Assembly (NCBI RefSeq): GCF_036321535.1
Contig: NC_087436.1
Span: forward strand, 14,074,001-14,138,000
Origin: Camelus dromedarius
Taxonomy: Eukaryota
Reading direction: 5' to 3'
Length of the DNA stretch: 64,000 nt
Below, in pieces: positions 52,590-64,000 of this stretch. Made by a program: the position numbers and the translations under genes. The notes under the pieces are model-generated. The model searched no databases, was not told the DNA's origin, and was given only the letters and a program-made list of their open reading frames with translations. How positions within the stretch are numbered: the first letter of the stretch is position 1; each line of letters opens with the position of its first letter.

Positions 52590-53290
52590 CATAAAAGCCC
52601 CGGTCAGACTCCGTAACCATGGCTGCCGATTCCTTCAGTGTCAATAAAATATCCTCCCTCTTCTGTGTGCCTGAGCATGCGCGCGCGCTCACACGCGGGC
52701 TGTCTAGTCGGACCCCGTAAGGTAAGACGCCCTCTTTTCAAGATCTTTTTTCAATGACCTGGGTGATTGAGGTACTTGCGAGAATCATTACAGTGAACTA
52801 AGTAGTGTTTGGGATGATATTACGTAAGTCTTTGATCTTCTGTGATGTCGTTAGACTTTGGGAGGTTTTCCATAAAAGGTGTGCTAGGTGCGCAGCAGAC
52901 TTGGTGAGAAACAGCAAGTCAGCTCCTTGAGACGTCCTGGTTCCCAGCGCAAACCTACCAACGCATCGCGGCGGTGCGCGTGGGCAGGTGTGTCTGGGGT
53001 AACCATGTCAGAGCAGGGAGATGTCAACAGGACAAGAACCAGCTTCTCGGCAGGAAGGGAGCAGCTCCCGCAGGGGCCCTCAGGTAGTGTTCCAGGCCTA
53101 ACTGTGGGAAAGTAAGAACCAGGCGAATCCCTGCCTCAGAAATTCGGAAAGTGGGAATCTCTGGTTCAAGCCAAAAAGGGGGCAGGACAGAAGCCACGGA
53201 AGGAGCCGGTTGTGGGATAGCAGCTTGGCCACCCTGCGGCCGCTGCAGAGAAAGCCTGCAGGCATCTGATGCCATCGCTGATACAGCCTT
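52590..53290. promoter_or_regulatory. CpG-enriched promoter-like segment
   Basis: NRF1-like gagcatgcgcgcgcgc (52673-52688), RFX X-box-like gtaaccatggctgc (~52613-52626), donor AAG|GTAAGA at 52721/52722. Confidence 0.45.
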
Positions 53291-53924
53291 AGGCCCTATA
53301 GTTTTGATCTTTAAAATAGATTTTCAGTCTACAGTAAGCACCTTCGGAGAGAGTGTAAATTCAAGAACAGATTGTGGAATAAGTGCTCATATAACAGTCA
53401 CTATTTTCAGTGATTACTCACCATAAAAAAAAAAGTACACAAGGAACTGGATAATAAGAAAATTAAAAACACATCGCCATTCCTTAGCTGTGTCCTGCTC
53501 CTTGGCTGACCTGGCTGTGCCCTGCAGGGATGCCCCGGTCTCCAGAGATGTGTGTGCTGATCTCCGAGGCCCCAAACCAAGGGGTCTGGCAGACGGATGC
53601 TGCGGGCGAGAGAGCGCCTCTGTCTGTCATCAAAACTGAGTCAGAGCCTTGCCCAGGCCTGCCTCTCCCCACCGCAAGCTGGGCCCCCAGATTGTAGCGG
53701 ATGACTATGGCTCCTCTGAGCTGCTGAAAGAAAGACTTCATTGTAGAAGGATTTTGATCCCAAATTCAAATTAGGCAACTCCCTCCTCTTTCCTCACTCC
53801 CTTGCATTCTTCTGTCTCTCCCTCATTCATGTTTTAAATCATGCTAACTTGCTACCTTGAATGAAAGGGCTCTCTCATTCTCCAAACCATCCTTGATATT
53901 TCTCCAAAGGAGAGGTCACCTGGG

Positions 53925-54125
53925 GCAGCATGGGAAAGTGGTCAGAGCACAGACAGTCAGAAAGATCAGGATTTAAATCCAAACTTGCTGTGTAAACTCT
54001 GGAAAATCCCTTAACCTCTCTGAGCCTTTGTTTCCTTACCATTGACCCAGGGCTAATTATTATGAGCTGATGTGTGTTCAGAGCTCAGCACCTCGCTGGC
54101 ACTTAATGGGCTTCAATGAATGGTG
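53925..54125 (+). mobile_element. MIR SINE remnant
   Basis: 'ccttaacctctctgagcctttgtttcctta'. Confidence 0.7.
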
Positions 54126-54195
54126 GTTATTAAAGCAAAATTGAAAGCAACGGTTGGTTCCTTGGTATCCCTGGACCATTCAGCTTTGAGCTTAT

Positions 54196-54350
54196 GTGGT
54201 GTTTCTCAGCTTTGGCTGCATGTTAGAATTATCTGGAGGGCTTTGAAAACTCCTGACATCCAGACCTTACCCCGGCCTCATTCCATCAGAATCTCTGGGG
54301 GTGGGACTCAGGTATTGGTCTTTTTAAAAGCTGCCCAGTAATTCCAGTTT
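54196..54350. mobile_element. MER5A (hAT-Charlie)
   Basis: 'tttctcagctttggctgcatgttagaattatctggagggcttt', 'catcagaatctctgggggtgggactcagg'. Confidence 0.82.
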
Positions 54351-54359
54351 GGGGCAAGG

Positions 54360-55060
54360 GGAGGAAGCACCGGAAGTGAAGCTGAGTGAGACCCCGCCCT
54401 CCGACCCCCGGGGCCAGCTTCTTAGCTCCCTGCAGCGCAGATACTCAAAGAGCAGCCCCCTCACCTCCGAGAATCTCCCCGGGACTAATTACAGGGGCGC
54501 ATCACACAGCCCTGAGCCCCAATGCCCACATGCCAGGCAGCTGGAAGCCAACGAGAGCATTCCCTCTGGAAAGGGGCCCCAGTTCCTCCCTGACTTTCCA
54601 GACGAATGGAAGTGGCTGAGGGTCCCTCTGCCCTGGCGGGGACCCGGGCTCTGATCTGCCCTATCTGCTGAGGCCGTAAGTGGCTGTTTCTGGCGAGGAG
54701 CAAGCAGGCCCAGCCCCGCTCACCTCGGGACACCCCACTGAGCCGATGTTTCTATTTTCAGAGCGTCACGCTGCATTCATAACCCGTGGGAAATACTGAG
54801 TAGGTCCCAGTGCTGTTTACCTTTCCGCTCAGGAAACAGACAGGGAGTTCAACAGACCCGATATCCGCTAGTCCCCAAAGGCTAACTGTACAGATGACAC
54901 ATATTAAAAAGAGAAAGCCAAAAAACAAAACAGGCTGCAGGCAGTCGGACGGGGAGCCCCGGGGGGATTTTCCAGAGGCCACCAGCACCTTGCCCTCTTC
55001 TGCTTTTCCAAAGGCGGGGATTTTGCTCCAGCCTGTGAATCCACAGGGAATTTCGGGGCA
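54360..55060. promoter_or_regulatory. GC-rich promoter/enhancer-like segment with ETS, SP and NF-kB motifs
   Basis: ACCGGAAGTG 54369-54378, ccccgccc 54392-54399, GGGATTTTCC 54964-54973, gggaatttcg 55046-55055, donor-like GTAAGT 54676-54681. Confidence 0.45.
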
Positions 55061-55329
55061 TGGACTCTGGGTGGGGAAGTGAGTAAAAAGAACAGAAAAA
55101 GAAAACAGGGCTACCAAGGGTAACGCCTCCAGAATGAATCTGTGAAGGAAAAGTGGAAAACAAAGGGAGAAAGAAGGTGGAACAGAAAAGTTAAAATGCA
55201 AGTGAAGAAAGAATGCTAGAAAAAAAGTGGTTTTTTTGGTCATTGAGTATTAGAACAATGGGCAAATTTTTTCTATTTGAAAAGTTATTTCACGAACATA
55301 TGTTTCTTTACAACAAAATAAACATTCTT

Positions 55330-55960
55330 AATTTTAAAAAAGCATGATGACTTCAGATCGGATTATGAATTGGTATAACCACTTCAGAAAAGAGTTGAGT
55401 TCCCCACAGGGTTCAATACAGCAATTCCAAATTTAGGTGCAACCGTCGGTGTAGATGTTCACCAAACACATTGTTGAGAATGTTCCTAAAGACACCATTC
55501 GTTACAGCCACAACCCAGAAAATGCCCCAAATGACTATTTGGGAGAGAATTGATAAACTGCTGCATGCAAAGGACCAAAGAGCAGTGAAAGAACGAACTA
55601 CAGCCACACGTGTGGGCAAAGATGGACCTCCCAAGCATAATACTGAGAAACAACACCAATAACAGGCCATCACGGAAAAAGACAGTTTTATTTTATTTAT
55701 ATAAACACTCCCCTCAAAAGAAAAATACTGTTTAGTGATAACCCTATATGACAAAACTATGTGAAAACCACAGAATTCAGGATAATGGTTATTACTTCTG
55801 GGAGGAGGGAGAAGGAGAGAAGCAATCAGTGAGGGTTACATCTGGAATGTACTATTTCTTAAGGTGGTACTGTGTTTATTTCATTACCCGTCTTGAAACC
55901 ATACCTATGTGTTACATGCCCTCTTTTTATATGTGATATATTCTATAATAAAAAATTGAA
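55330..55960 (+). mobile_element. Old L1 3'UTR remnant (L1ME-like)
   Basis: 'ggtataaccacttcagaaaagagtt', 'cagaattcaggataatggttattacttctggg'. Confidence 0.6.
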
Positions 55961-56291
55961 GGGAGGAAGAAGATGAGATAGCAAAGAAGACAAGGAAGGA
56001 ACAGAAGAGGAGGAATAAATGTGAGGACAGATGGAGAGAAAAAAGCCATTCTGGTGAAAAGGTAGGAATCAAACTTTGAGCTGCAAAAACACACCCTGTA
56101 GTTGTTAGAGTCTGCACACTGTTGCATTAGAAGATGGTGTTCCCGGGGTTCATCCTCTACTACTGCCCTTCCCAGCTGTACACTCTCCCTGACTTGATTG
56201 AAGCACCCTCCTGGTTTGACAACCACTGATTTGCTAATGGTGACCAAAATTTGACCTCTAAGTAAGTCATTTTCATCAAGCCTTAGACTCT

Positions 56292-56592
56292 TGCTACAGA
56301 ATGAATGTTTATATGCCCCCCAAATTCTATGTTGAAACCACTCCTCAATGCGATGGTATTAGGAGGTAGGGCCTTGGGGAGGTAATTAGGGCATGAGGGT
56401 GGAGCCCTCATGAATGGGGTTAGTGCCCTTTATAAAAGAGACCCCAGAGAGCTCCCTCACCCCTTCTGCCATGTGAGGACACAGTAAGAAGACAGCCTTC
56501 TATGAACCAGGAAGTGGGTCCTCACCAGACAGAATCTGCCAGCACCTTGATCTTGGACTTCCTTGCTCTAGCTGTCCAAATGGACTAAGACA
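56292..56592 (+). mobile_element. MaLR LTR (MLT1A0-like)
   Basis: 'gggcatgagggtggagccctcatgaatggggttagtgccc', 'tgccatgtgaggacacag', terminal 'tggactaagaca'. Confidence 0.92.
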
Positions 56593-56599
56593 GCTCCTA

Positions 56600-57310
56600 T
56601 AGCTAAGTGCTTCTCGGACATCTCTGCTTGGCCATCCACACGCCGAAACTCACAGGCCTGGGAACAAGCATTCTCTTCCCCTCTGCACTGCTCCTTCTTC
56701 TGTGGTCTCTTCTCATCCTAAATGGCACCACCACCCACCCAGTGGTTAGAATCCTAGCAGGTATTCTCATCTCCTTCCTCATCCTTTTGCTCCATACAGT
56801 ATAAAACCATGAACTTTTTCTATGCTCCTTTATATCTCACAGGTATTTTGTGTATTTTTCCCCATCCCCACTTTCACTACCAGAGTTCAAGCCTTTCCTT
56901 ATCTTTCTGAATCACTGTAATAGCTTCTTAACTAGTCTCCCAGGCTTCAGGCTGGGTGCCCTCAACTTCTCCCTCCACTTGCCATTAGAATGATCTGGTT
57001 AGAGTGGAAATCTGAGAATGTAACCCACCTACTTAAAACCCAAATATCTGCTTACTGTCTACGGGATCAAGTTCAAGCTCTTAGCATCACATGCAGAGCC
57101 TGCCAAAATCTAGCCCACTGCAACCTCTCAAACCTCATCTTTACTTCTTTTGACTTAAATTTTACACTCCTGCCTCAGGGAACCACTTGTAGTTCACCAC
57201 ACACACACACACACACACACACAAACCCTCTTTTCTGATACCATTTTCTCTGTCTTTCATGCCAGCCTCCCAACCTCAGTTACTCATCCTTTTAAGATCA
57301 TCTCATTATA
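56600..57310. mobile_element. L2 LINE remnant
   Basis: 'aaatggcaccaccacccacccag', 'cactgtaatagcttcttaactagtctccc', 'gttcaagctcttagcat'. Confidence 0.7.
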
Positions 57311-58148
57311 GCCTGAGGAAACAGCTGCTTCTCAGGGCCAGCAGATTGTTGTCCAAGCCAAAATATCGGCCCAGGTTACCAGCTATTTCAATTTTTCCAA
57401 AGGGAAATCAGAAATCTCAGTCTTAATGAGGAATCCACCCTGTTTTACATGAAATTTCCCGAATGTTTCAACAGTGACTCAAATTTTTGCAAACATGTAG
57501 AGAGTCAATTTGGACCATGAGTGCCATTTTGTAAAATTTGGTCAAGGTGTTCCACACTAAGTTATCCAGATTTGCTTTTTAATAATTCACCTAATCATCA
57601 TATAGTCTTACTTCTCAAGGAGTAAAGCTCATGGCTCTCCATACAGATTTACCACCAGATTGCTCAAAATAGCAGATGTCAAATCTAAAAACATTTTTAG
57701 AAGAAAATTGATATATTTTAGAGCCTAGTGCTTGAATATTTAGAAATATACTGAACACAGAGGGTTCAGTGTGTGTGTGTGTGTGTGTATATGGTTATCT
57801 CTTATAAAATATTAAAGAATGTTTTCAAACCATAAAAGTTTAAGTAATTGTACATGAAAGAAGAAATAATGACTTAGCTTAAGTATTGTTTACTGTCACT
57901 CATCTCTGGTGTTTTGGGGAAATCAAGTCATGTCTCTCTCTTGTGTCCCCATAATTCCTCTGGAATGGCTCCATCACCACATCTACCATGTTCTAGACTT
58001 ATCTGTTTTAAGTGTTTATTTCCCTCAGAAGACTATAAACTCTCAGCAGGGACACATAAAATATCTACAGTGTAAGGTTGTTAGAAATTAAATGATGTAA
58101 CATAGTAAAGGATCTAGAATAGTGTCTAGCATACAATAAGGCATAAGG

Positions 58149-58280
58149 CAAGTGGTAGAGTGCATGCTTAGCATGCGGGAAGTCCTGGGTTCAATCCCCA
58201 GTACCTCCATTTAAAAAAATAATTTAATAAATAGACTTAATTACTTCCCCTCAAAAAAAATTTAATTATAAAAAAAGAAA
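58149..58280 (+). mobile_element. 5'-truncated tRNA-derived SINE
   Basis: Begins at 'agtggtagagtgcatgcttagcatg', B box and tail present. Confidence 0.88.
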
Positions 58281-58305
58281 TAATAGTCACAATCTATAGC
58301 TTTGT

Positions 58306-58392
58306 GGGGAGGCTATAGCTCAGTGGTAGATTGTGTGCTTAGCATGCATGAGATCCTGGGTTCAATCCGCGGTACCTCCATTAAAATAATAA

Positions 58393-58435
<43 letters not shown>

Positions 58436-58489
58436 CCTAATTACCTCCCTCCCACCCCACCCCCCGGCAAAAAAAAAAAAAAAAAAAAA
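58306..58489 (+). mobile_element. tRNA-derived SINE with expanded (TAAA)n and long poly(A)
   Basis: Intact A/B boxes, (TAAA)n ~58391-58433, A-run ~58468-58489. Confidence 0.92.
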
Positions 58490-58609
58490 GGATAAAACAC
58501 TGCACTTTAAAAAAAAGAAAAAAATTATTTTGGTAACCTATTTTATAATAGCTAACTATCGAATTAGTGAAATGAATGAATGAGGTCAACTTGAGCTAAA
58601 AATTAGTTG

Positions 58610-58613
<4 letters not shown>

Positions 58614-58646
<33 letters not shown>
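58614..58646. repeat. (ATCT)n microsatellite
   Basis: Direct observation. Confidence 0.95.
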
Positions 58647-60395
58647 CCCAGTAAGAGCCACAAATCATAGTGATATCCTCTATTCATATATTCAGGGATT
58701 CCCAGACATAAATCAAATCTCATTATAACAAACCTGAGGACTGTGTCATTGCCATTGTAAGTAGGCCACTGGCTGGGGCTTGGAATGCTTTATTGTAGAG
58801 AGTTTTTATTGTTGTTGTTACATGTGTTGTAATTAAATTTAACTTAGAGCTCTTCAAAAGCATGCATATACTCACAAAACCCATGAGAATTTAAAGAAAA
58901 TGTAGACGACAATAATCTCTTGTCATTGTTTTTCTATCAAAGAACATGCGGCAATTTCCAAGATGCCTCGAGGGACTGGAAACTTTGGCTTCTAGCATGG
59001 CATGACACCAAGAAGACAATTTCTGCTTTTAGAAACTGTACTTCCAAATTATTTCTGACTCTGCAGCACATCAGGCTTGTGCCTGAAGCCAGGACCTCAG
59101 GGAAGAGAGAGGAGAGGCATTTATAAACATGATTGGGATCCCAGAAGTCCTGTTGCTTGATAAATGAAAGTAAATTAGCTAAAATAATTTAGAAAATTCA
59201 GAAAAAGCAACATCATATGCAACTAAATTTTTCTCTGTATGGAATCCCAGGACATTTTCCATAGAATTCTAGAACAGCCTGGAATGACTGACTTGTATGT
59301 AATTGCTTCACAAGGGCTCGACGTCATGCTGGCTAAACGTGATTTGTTAATTCAACAACTTACTGACCACTAACTCTGTCCGACTTCCGGGGCTGGCAGT
59401 GCGGATGCCACAGTGAGTAAGGCACAGCCCCTCCCTCCCAGGAGTTCCCTGAGGGAAACAGTCCCCTGCAACACACTGCCGCGTCCCTCAGGGACAAACT
59501 GTAGCGTACAAAGAGGTCCCTATTGTCTGTCGTTGTAACTATAAATCCATCAGGGCCTTCATAAGAGTTTCATAGCTAATCTCTTCTCAGACTTTCCCAG
59601 AGTGTTTCAAAATAAGATGCAAACCTTTCCCTTGAAAAACAGAACCACACAAAAAACCCACACCTAATCATCTCTCACTGAGATGTCTTCCCAGATTTGA
59701 GTTGGTGACCACAGGCTGCTTCAAAGCAGACTTAAAAGCCTGCCATGGTTTTCCCTATTTGGATGAGCGTCTGATCTTGTTTGTATCCTTGTTTAGTTAT
59801 TTGCTATAATAATAACTTGTGGCAGTGAGTTCTCCTGGGTTACTATTCACTGTGAAAGGGAAAGGACTGCTTGTTTCATTGGTTTAGATTCATGGGGGAA
59901 CTATTATGCTACTTGAAAAGTATAAGCTGGTTAACAGCTGCTGAAAGGGGCCATTCATGGCTCTGCTGGGGCTATGGACAGGGAAGAGGGTCAGGAGTTC
60001 TGGCACCTGGTCCCCAGTCCGCTTCTCTGTACAAGCCATTTCAATCACTCAGCATCTTCATCTATAAAAAGAGAATAAAACGTCTTTTAAAAAGTGCTTG
60101 AAACATCACCCATCCAACTGGTGTACCGTAGAGGACCCCTTCCTCTCTGAGGACACACTACCGGGTCAAGGCACACAGATGGACACGGGGCCACCTTGGG
60201 GAAGCGCCAGAGACAAGGACCATGTGATCTGTAATATGTGTATTTGCTATCTGATTTCTCCCAGACAAGACTTCCATCTCTAATCATTTCAGCTGCCCAG
60301 TCTGCAGGCAGGCTTTGAACTAAGGGTTTCAATATTCCATCATCAAATTAATGCATTTATTGGGCACTTATAGCAGGTCTCAGGCTAAGAACTCT

Positions 60396-61195
60396 AGAGC
60401 AATGTTTCTCAAAGTGTGGTCTAGGAGCCCCTGGTGGTCCTAGACACCTTTCAGGGCTGCAGGAGGCCAAGAATTCAAGCATGGATCCCTTCAAAGTGTA
60501 AGATAGATAAATGGATTTTGAAGTAACAGAGAATAAAAAAGTTCATTGATATAGTTTCAGATTCCACATTACAACTAATTTTTATTTTAAAATGGACGTA
60601 CCGGGGTTGAACCCCAGACCTCGTGCATGCTAAGCCTGCGCTCTACCACTGAGCTGTACCCTCCCACCGCCACAACTAACTTTTTAAAAGTTATCACTCA
60701 TCAAGTTTTTGTGTAGTATCAAAAAAGGATATCTACCATTATTTGAAAAGGCCATTAAAATATTCTTCTCTTTTGTAACTACATATCAAAGTGGGGCTGG
60801 CTTGTCTTCATTTACTTCAACTAAAACAACATTGCAAGTGATGGAATGCAGAAGCATATATAAGAATCTAGCTGTTTTGTAATAAAACTGAAAAAGGAGA
60901 AAAAATCTAAAAAAAATTATTTATTAGTAATAAAAAAAAGACTCTTTGTTTTGAATAAGCTAAACATTACAGAGATCTGAAGAATGCAAAACAATACCAC
61001 CTTCTCACTAACTTTCCTTTGTTTTGAAGAATATAATTATGTTTCCTAAAATATGCTATTTCTATTAACATGTTTGGTTATATTGTTGTTTTCAATGAAT
61101 TAATTATTTTTAAATATCTCTGTTTTCATTTTTAATATGGTAAACATCGATAGATATAACCAATATAAGCAAGTTCTTTGTTATCTTTAATACTT
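60396..61195. mobile_element. Charlie1-like hAT DNA transposon derivative
   Basis: 'caatgtttctcaaagtgtggtc', 'aagttcattgatatagtttcagattccacattacaactaa', 'gaaaaggccattaaaata', 'gtaaacatcgatagatataacc'. Confidence 0.8.
60579..60671 (-). mobile_element. tRNA-derived SINE nested in Charlie1
   Basis: Reverse A/B boxes; TSD acaactaa at 60571-60578 and 60672-60679. Confidence 0.9.
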
Positions 61196-64000
61196 TTTAA
61201 ATTAAACTTTTTAGACTGAGACTCATATAAAGTTGTAAGAGGTAATACAGAGCGATATCAGGTACCTTTTACTCAATATCCTGCAAAACTCTAGGACGAT
61301 ATCACAGCCAGGATGTTGACGTTGGTACAGTTAAGATGCAGAACGTTTCCGTCACCACTAGGATCCCTCATGTTGTCCTAGGACAACCTCGCTTTTCCAT
61401 GCTCTGCCCTTTCCTTAACCGTTGGCCACCACTAGTCTCTTCTCCATTTCTATAATTTTATCATTGCAAGGATGTTATAATAAATAGAATCATAGCATAC
61501 GTAACCTTTTGAATTGGTTTTTTTTCACTCAGCATAATTCTCTGGAGATTAATCCAGGTTTTTGCATGTATTAATAGTTCATTCTTTGTTTATTCCTATA
61601 CCATAGTTTGTTTAGCCATTCACTCACTGAAGGGCATCTGGGTTGCTTTCAGTTTGGGGCTATGACAAATAAATCTGCCATACACATTGTGGTACAGGTT
61701 TTTCTGTGAACTTAAGTCTTTGTTTCTCTGGGATAGATGCCCAGGAGTATAACTGCTGGGTTATATAGTAGTTGTATGTTTGGTTTTTAAAGAAACTGCC
61801 GGATTGTCTTCTAGAGTGGCAGCACCATGATACATTCCCACCAGCCATGTATGAGTGATCCAGCTTCTCTGACTGTGCACCACCAGCATTTGTTGTAGTT
61901 ACATTTTTTTATTCAGGCATTGTTGTGTTTGTAGTGATGCCTCATGGTGGTTTAGGTTTGCATTTCCCTGGTGGTTAATGATGTGGAACAATCGTGGGTG
62001 TGCTTGTTTGCTATCTTTATATATTTCTTGGTGAAAGGTCTCTTCGTAGCTTTGGCTCATGTGCTAATTGGATTGTTTGCTCTTTTAGTGTTGAGTTTTG
62101 AGAGTTCTTTATATGTTCTAGATAATCATGCTTTGTTGGATATGTGGTTTGCAAATATTTTCTCCCATTTGGTAGCTGGTCTGTTGTATCCTTTCAATGC
62201 AGTCTTTCTCAGAGCATTCCGTATGCCAGGTATTTCCTATTCTTTCCTTGTCACACTAGCTGGAACTTCCAGCAGTATGCTTAATGAGCGTGGTGAGAGT
62301 ACACGTTCTTGCCTTGTTCCTGATGTCAGAAGGAAAACATTCAGTCTTTCACCATTAAGTATAACATTGGCTGTAGGTTTTTTGTACGTACTCTTTATCA
62401 AGTTGAGGAAGTTCCCTTCTATGCCTATTTTTTCAAGAGTTTTTTTTATCATGAATGAGTGTTGAATTTTGTCAAATGCTTTTGCTGCATTAATTGATAT
62501 GATCATGTACTTCTTTAGCCTGTTAATATGATGGATTACATTAATTGATTTTCAAATGTTGAATCTTAATAATAATAATAAATAATAATGCATAAATAAT
62601 AAACCTTACTTGGTCATGGTGTACAATTTTTTTAGATATTATTTAGTTCTATTTGAAAATATTTTGTGAAGAATTTTTGCACCTACACTCAGGACGGACA
62701 TTGGTCTGAATTTTTTTTATCCTCTCTTTGGTTAGTTGTGGTTACCAAGGTAGCACTAGTTTCATGAAATAAATTGCAAAGTGTTCTCTCTCTTCTATTT
62801 TCTGGACTAGATTGTTTAGAATTCGTATTAATTCTTTTTTAAATGAGTGGTGGAATTCTCCAGTGAAATTAAGCCTAGAGATTTTTTTTTTTGTGAGTTA
62901 TTAAATTACGAATTCAATTTCCTTAATAGTTACAGTACTTTTCAAATGATTTATTTCATTTTGGGCGAGTTTTGGCAGTTGTGGTCCATTTCATCAAAGC
63001 TGTCACAGTTATGAATGTACAGTTGCTTGTAATATTCCCTTATCCTTTTGATGTCTGCAGGGTCTTTAGTGATATCCTTTCGTTCATTCCTGATGTTGGT
63101 AATTTGTGTCTTCTCTCTTTTTGTCTTACTAGAAGTTTATCAATTTTATGATCTTTTCAAAGAATCAGCTCTTTTTTTAAAAATTAATTTTCTTTATTTG
63201 GAAACAGGCATTTCTCTGTTTCAATTTTATTAATCTTTGCTCTTACATTATTACTTTCTTTCTTTTGCTTGCTTCGGGTTTATTTAAGTTCTTGAAGTGA
63301 GACTTTAAATTATTGTTTTGAGATGTTCCCTCTTTTCTAATATATGTATTTAGTGCTACAGATTTCCTTCTCAACACTGCTTTATGTGTATCCCACAAAT
63401 TGTGATATGCTGTATTTTTATTTTCATTCATTTCACTGTATTTTATACAATTTCTTCTATGACCACCTCTTTGACCCATGGATTATTTTTTAAAATTTTG
63501 TTGTTCAGTTTCCAAGTGTTTGGCGATTTTCATATTATCTTTCTGTTATTGATTTCTAGTTTGTTTCCATTGTGGTCAGAGAATACACTTTATAGGATTT
63601 AAATTTCTTACACTCTTTTTTTATGGCCCAGGGTATGGTCTATCTTGGCCTATGTTCCGTGGGTGTGTGAAAAACATGTGTATTCTGTGTTGTTGGGTGG
63701 AGGGTTCTATAAATATTGATTCAGTTCTCTGGGTTGATAGCATTGTTGAGTTCTTCTATATCCTTGTTGAATTTATGTCTAGTTGGTACCAGTTGTTGAG
63801 AAAGGGATGTTGAAGTCTACAGCTGTAATTGGGGATTTGTCTCTTTCTCTTTTCAAGTATATCTGTTTTTTCTTCACATATTTTGCAGCTCTGGTGGTTG
63901 GTGCACCCACGTTTAGGACTACTACGTCTACTTGATGAATTGATCCTTTTATTGTTATACAATATTCCTCTGTATTTTTGCTGATTTTGTTTGCTCTGAA
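61196..64000 (-). mobile_element. L1 (L1MB/MC-type) 3'UTR and internally deleted ORF2, runs off the window
   Basis: Minus-strand peptide MIISINAAKAFDKIQHSFMIKKTLEKIGIEGNFLNLIKSTYKKPTANVILNGE..SGTRQ is L1 reverse transcriptase; YHNLWDTHKAVLRRK is upstream ORF2; disrupted. Confidence 0.95.

Noticed and set aside
52750..52860. Possible C/D snoRNA downstream of a splice donor (TGA-rich AT segment)
   Set aside because: No convincing C box plus terminal CTGA D box or closing stem
59446..59494. 11-bp inverted pair tccctgaggga / tccctcaggga
   Set aside because: Short with no supporting context

Overview
Mammalian, non-coding, repeat-rich genomic DNA. About 14 copies of a tRNA-derived SINE with the camelid vic-1-type structure suggest a camel/alpaca/llama genome (inference). 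I find no intact protein-coding gene; the long ORFs in the track come from microsatellites, GC-rich DNA or decayed L1. Two processed pseudogenes are recognisable: a full-length ATP5MK/USMG5 retrocopy (12426-12771, minus strand) and a 5'-truncated RPL10A retrocopy (26021-26380, plus strand). The rest is L1, L2, MIR, MaLR/ERV LTRs and DNA-transposon fossils, plus three GC/CpG-rich promoter-like patches (about 38.6-39.3 kb, 52.6-53.3 kb, 54.3-55.1 kb) and several CTCF-like motifs. The most unusual structures are: (1) a ~400-bp inverted repeat with ~91% arm identity built from ancient LTR sequence around a 4-kb spacer; (2) a polyadenylated, U5-less ERV RNA retrocopy with a 17-bp target-site duplication (TSD) inside a MER2; (3) SINE-plus-L1-tail chimeras inside single TSDs; (4) a 5'-inverted (twin-primed) L1. 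Repeat family names are from recalled consensus motifs, not from a database search, and boundaries of old repeats are approximate. I do not see evidence for a new protein-coding system.
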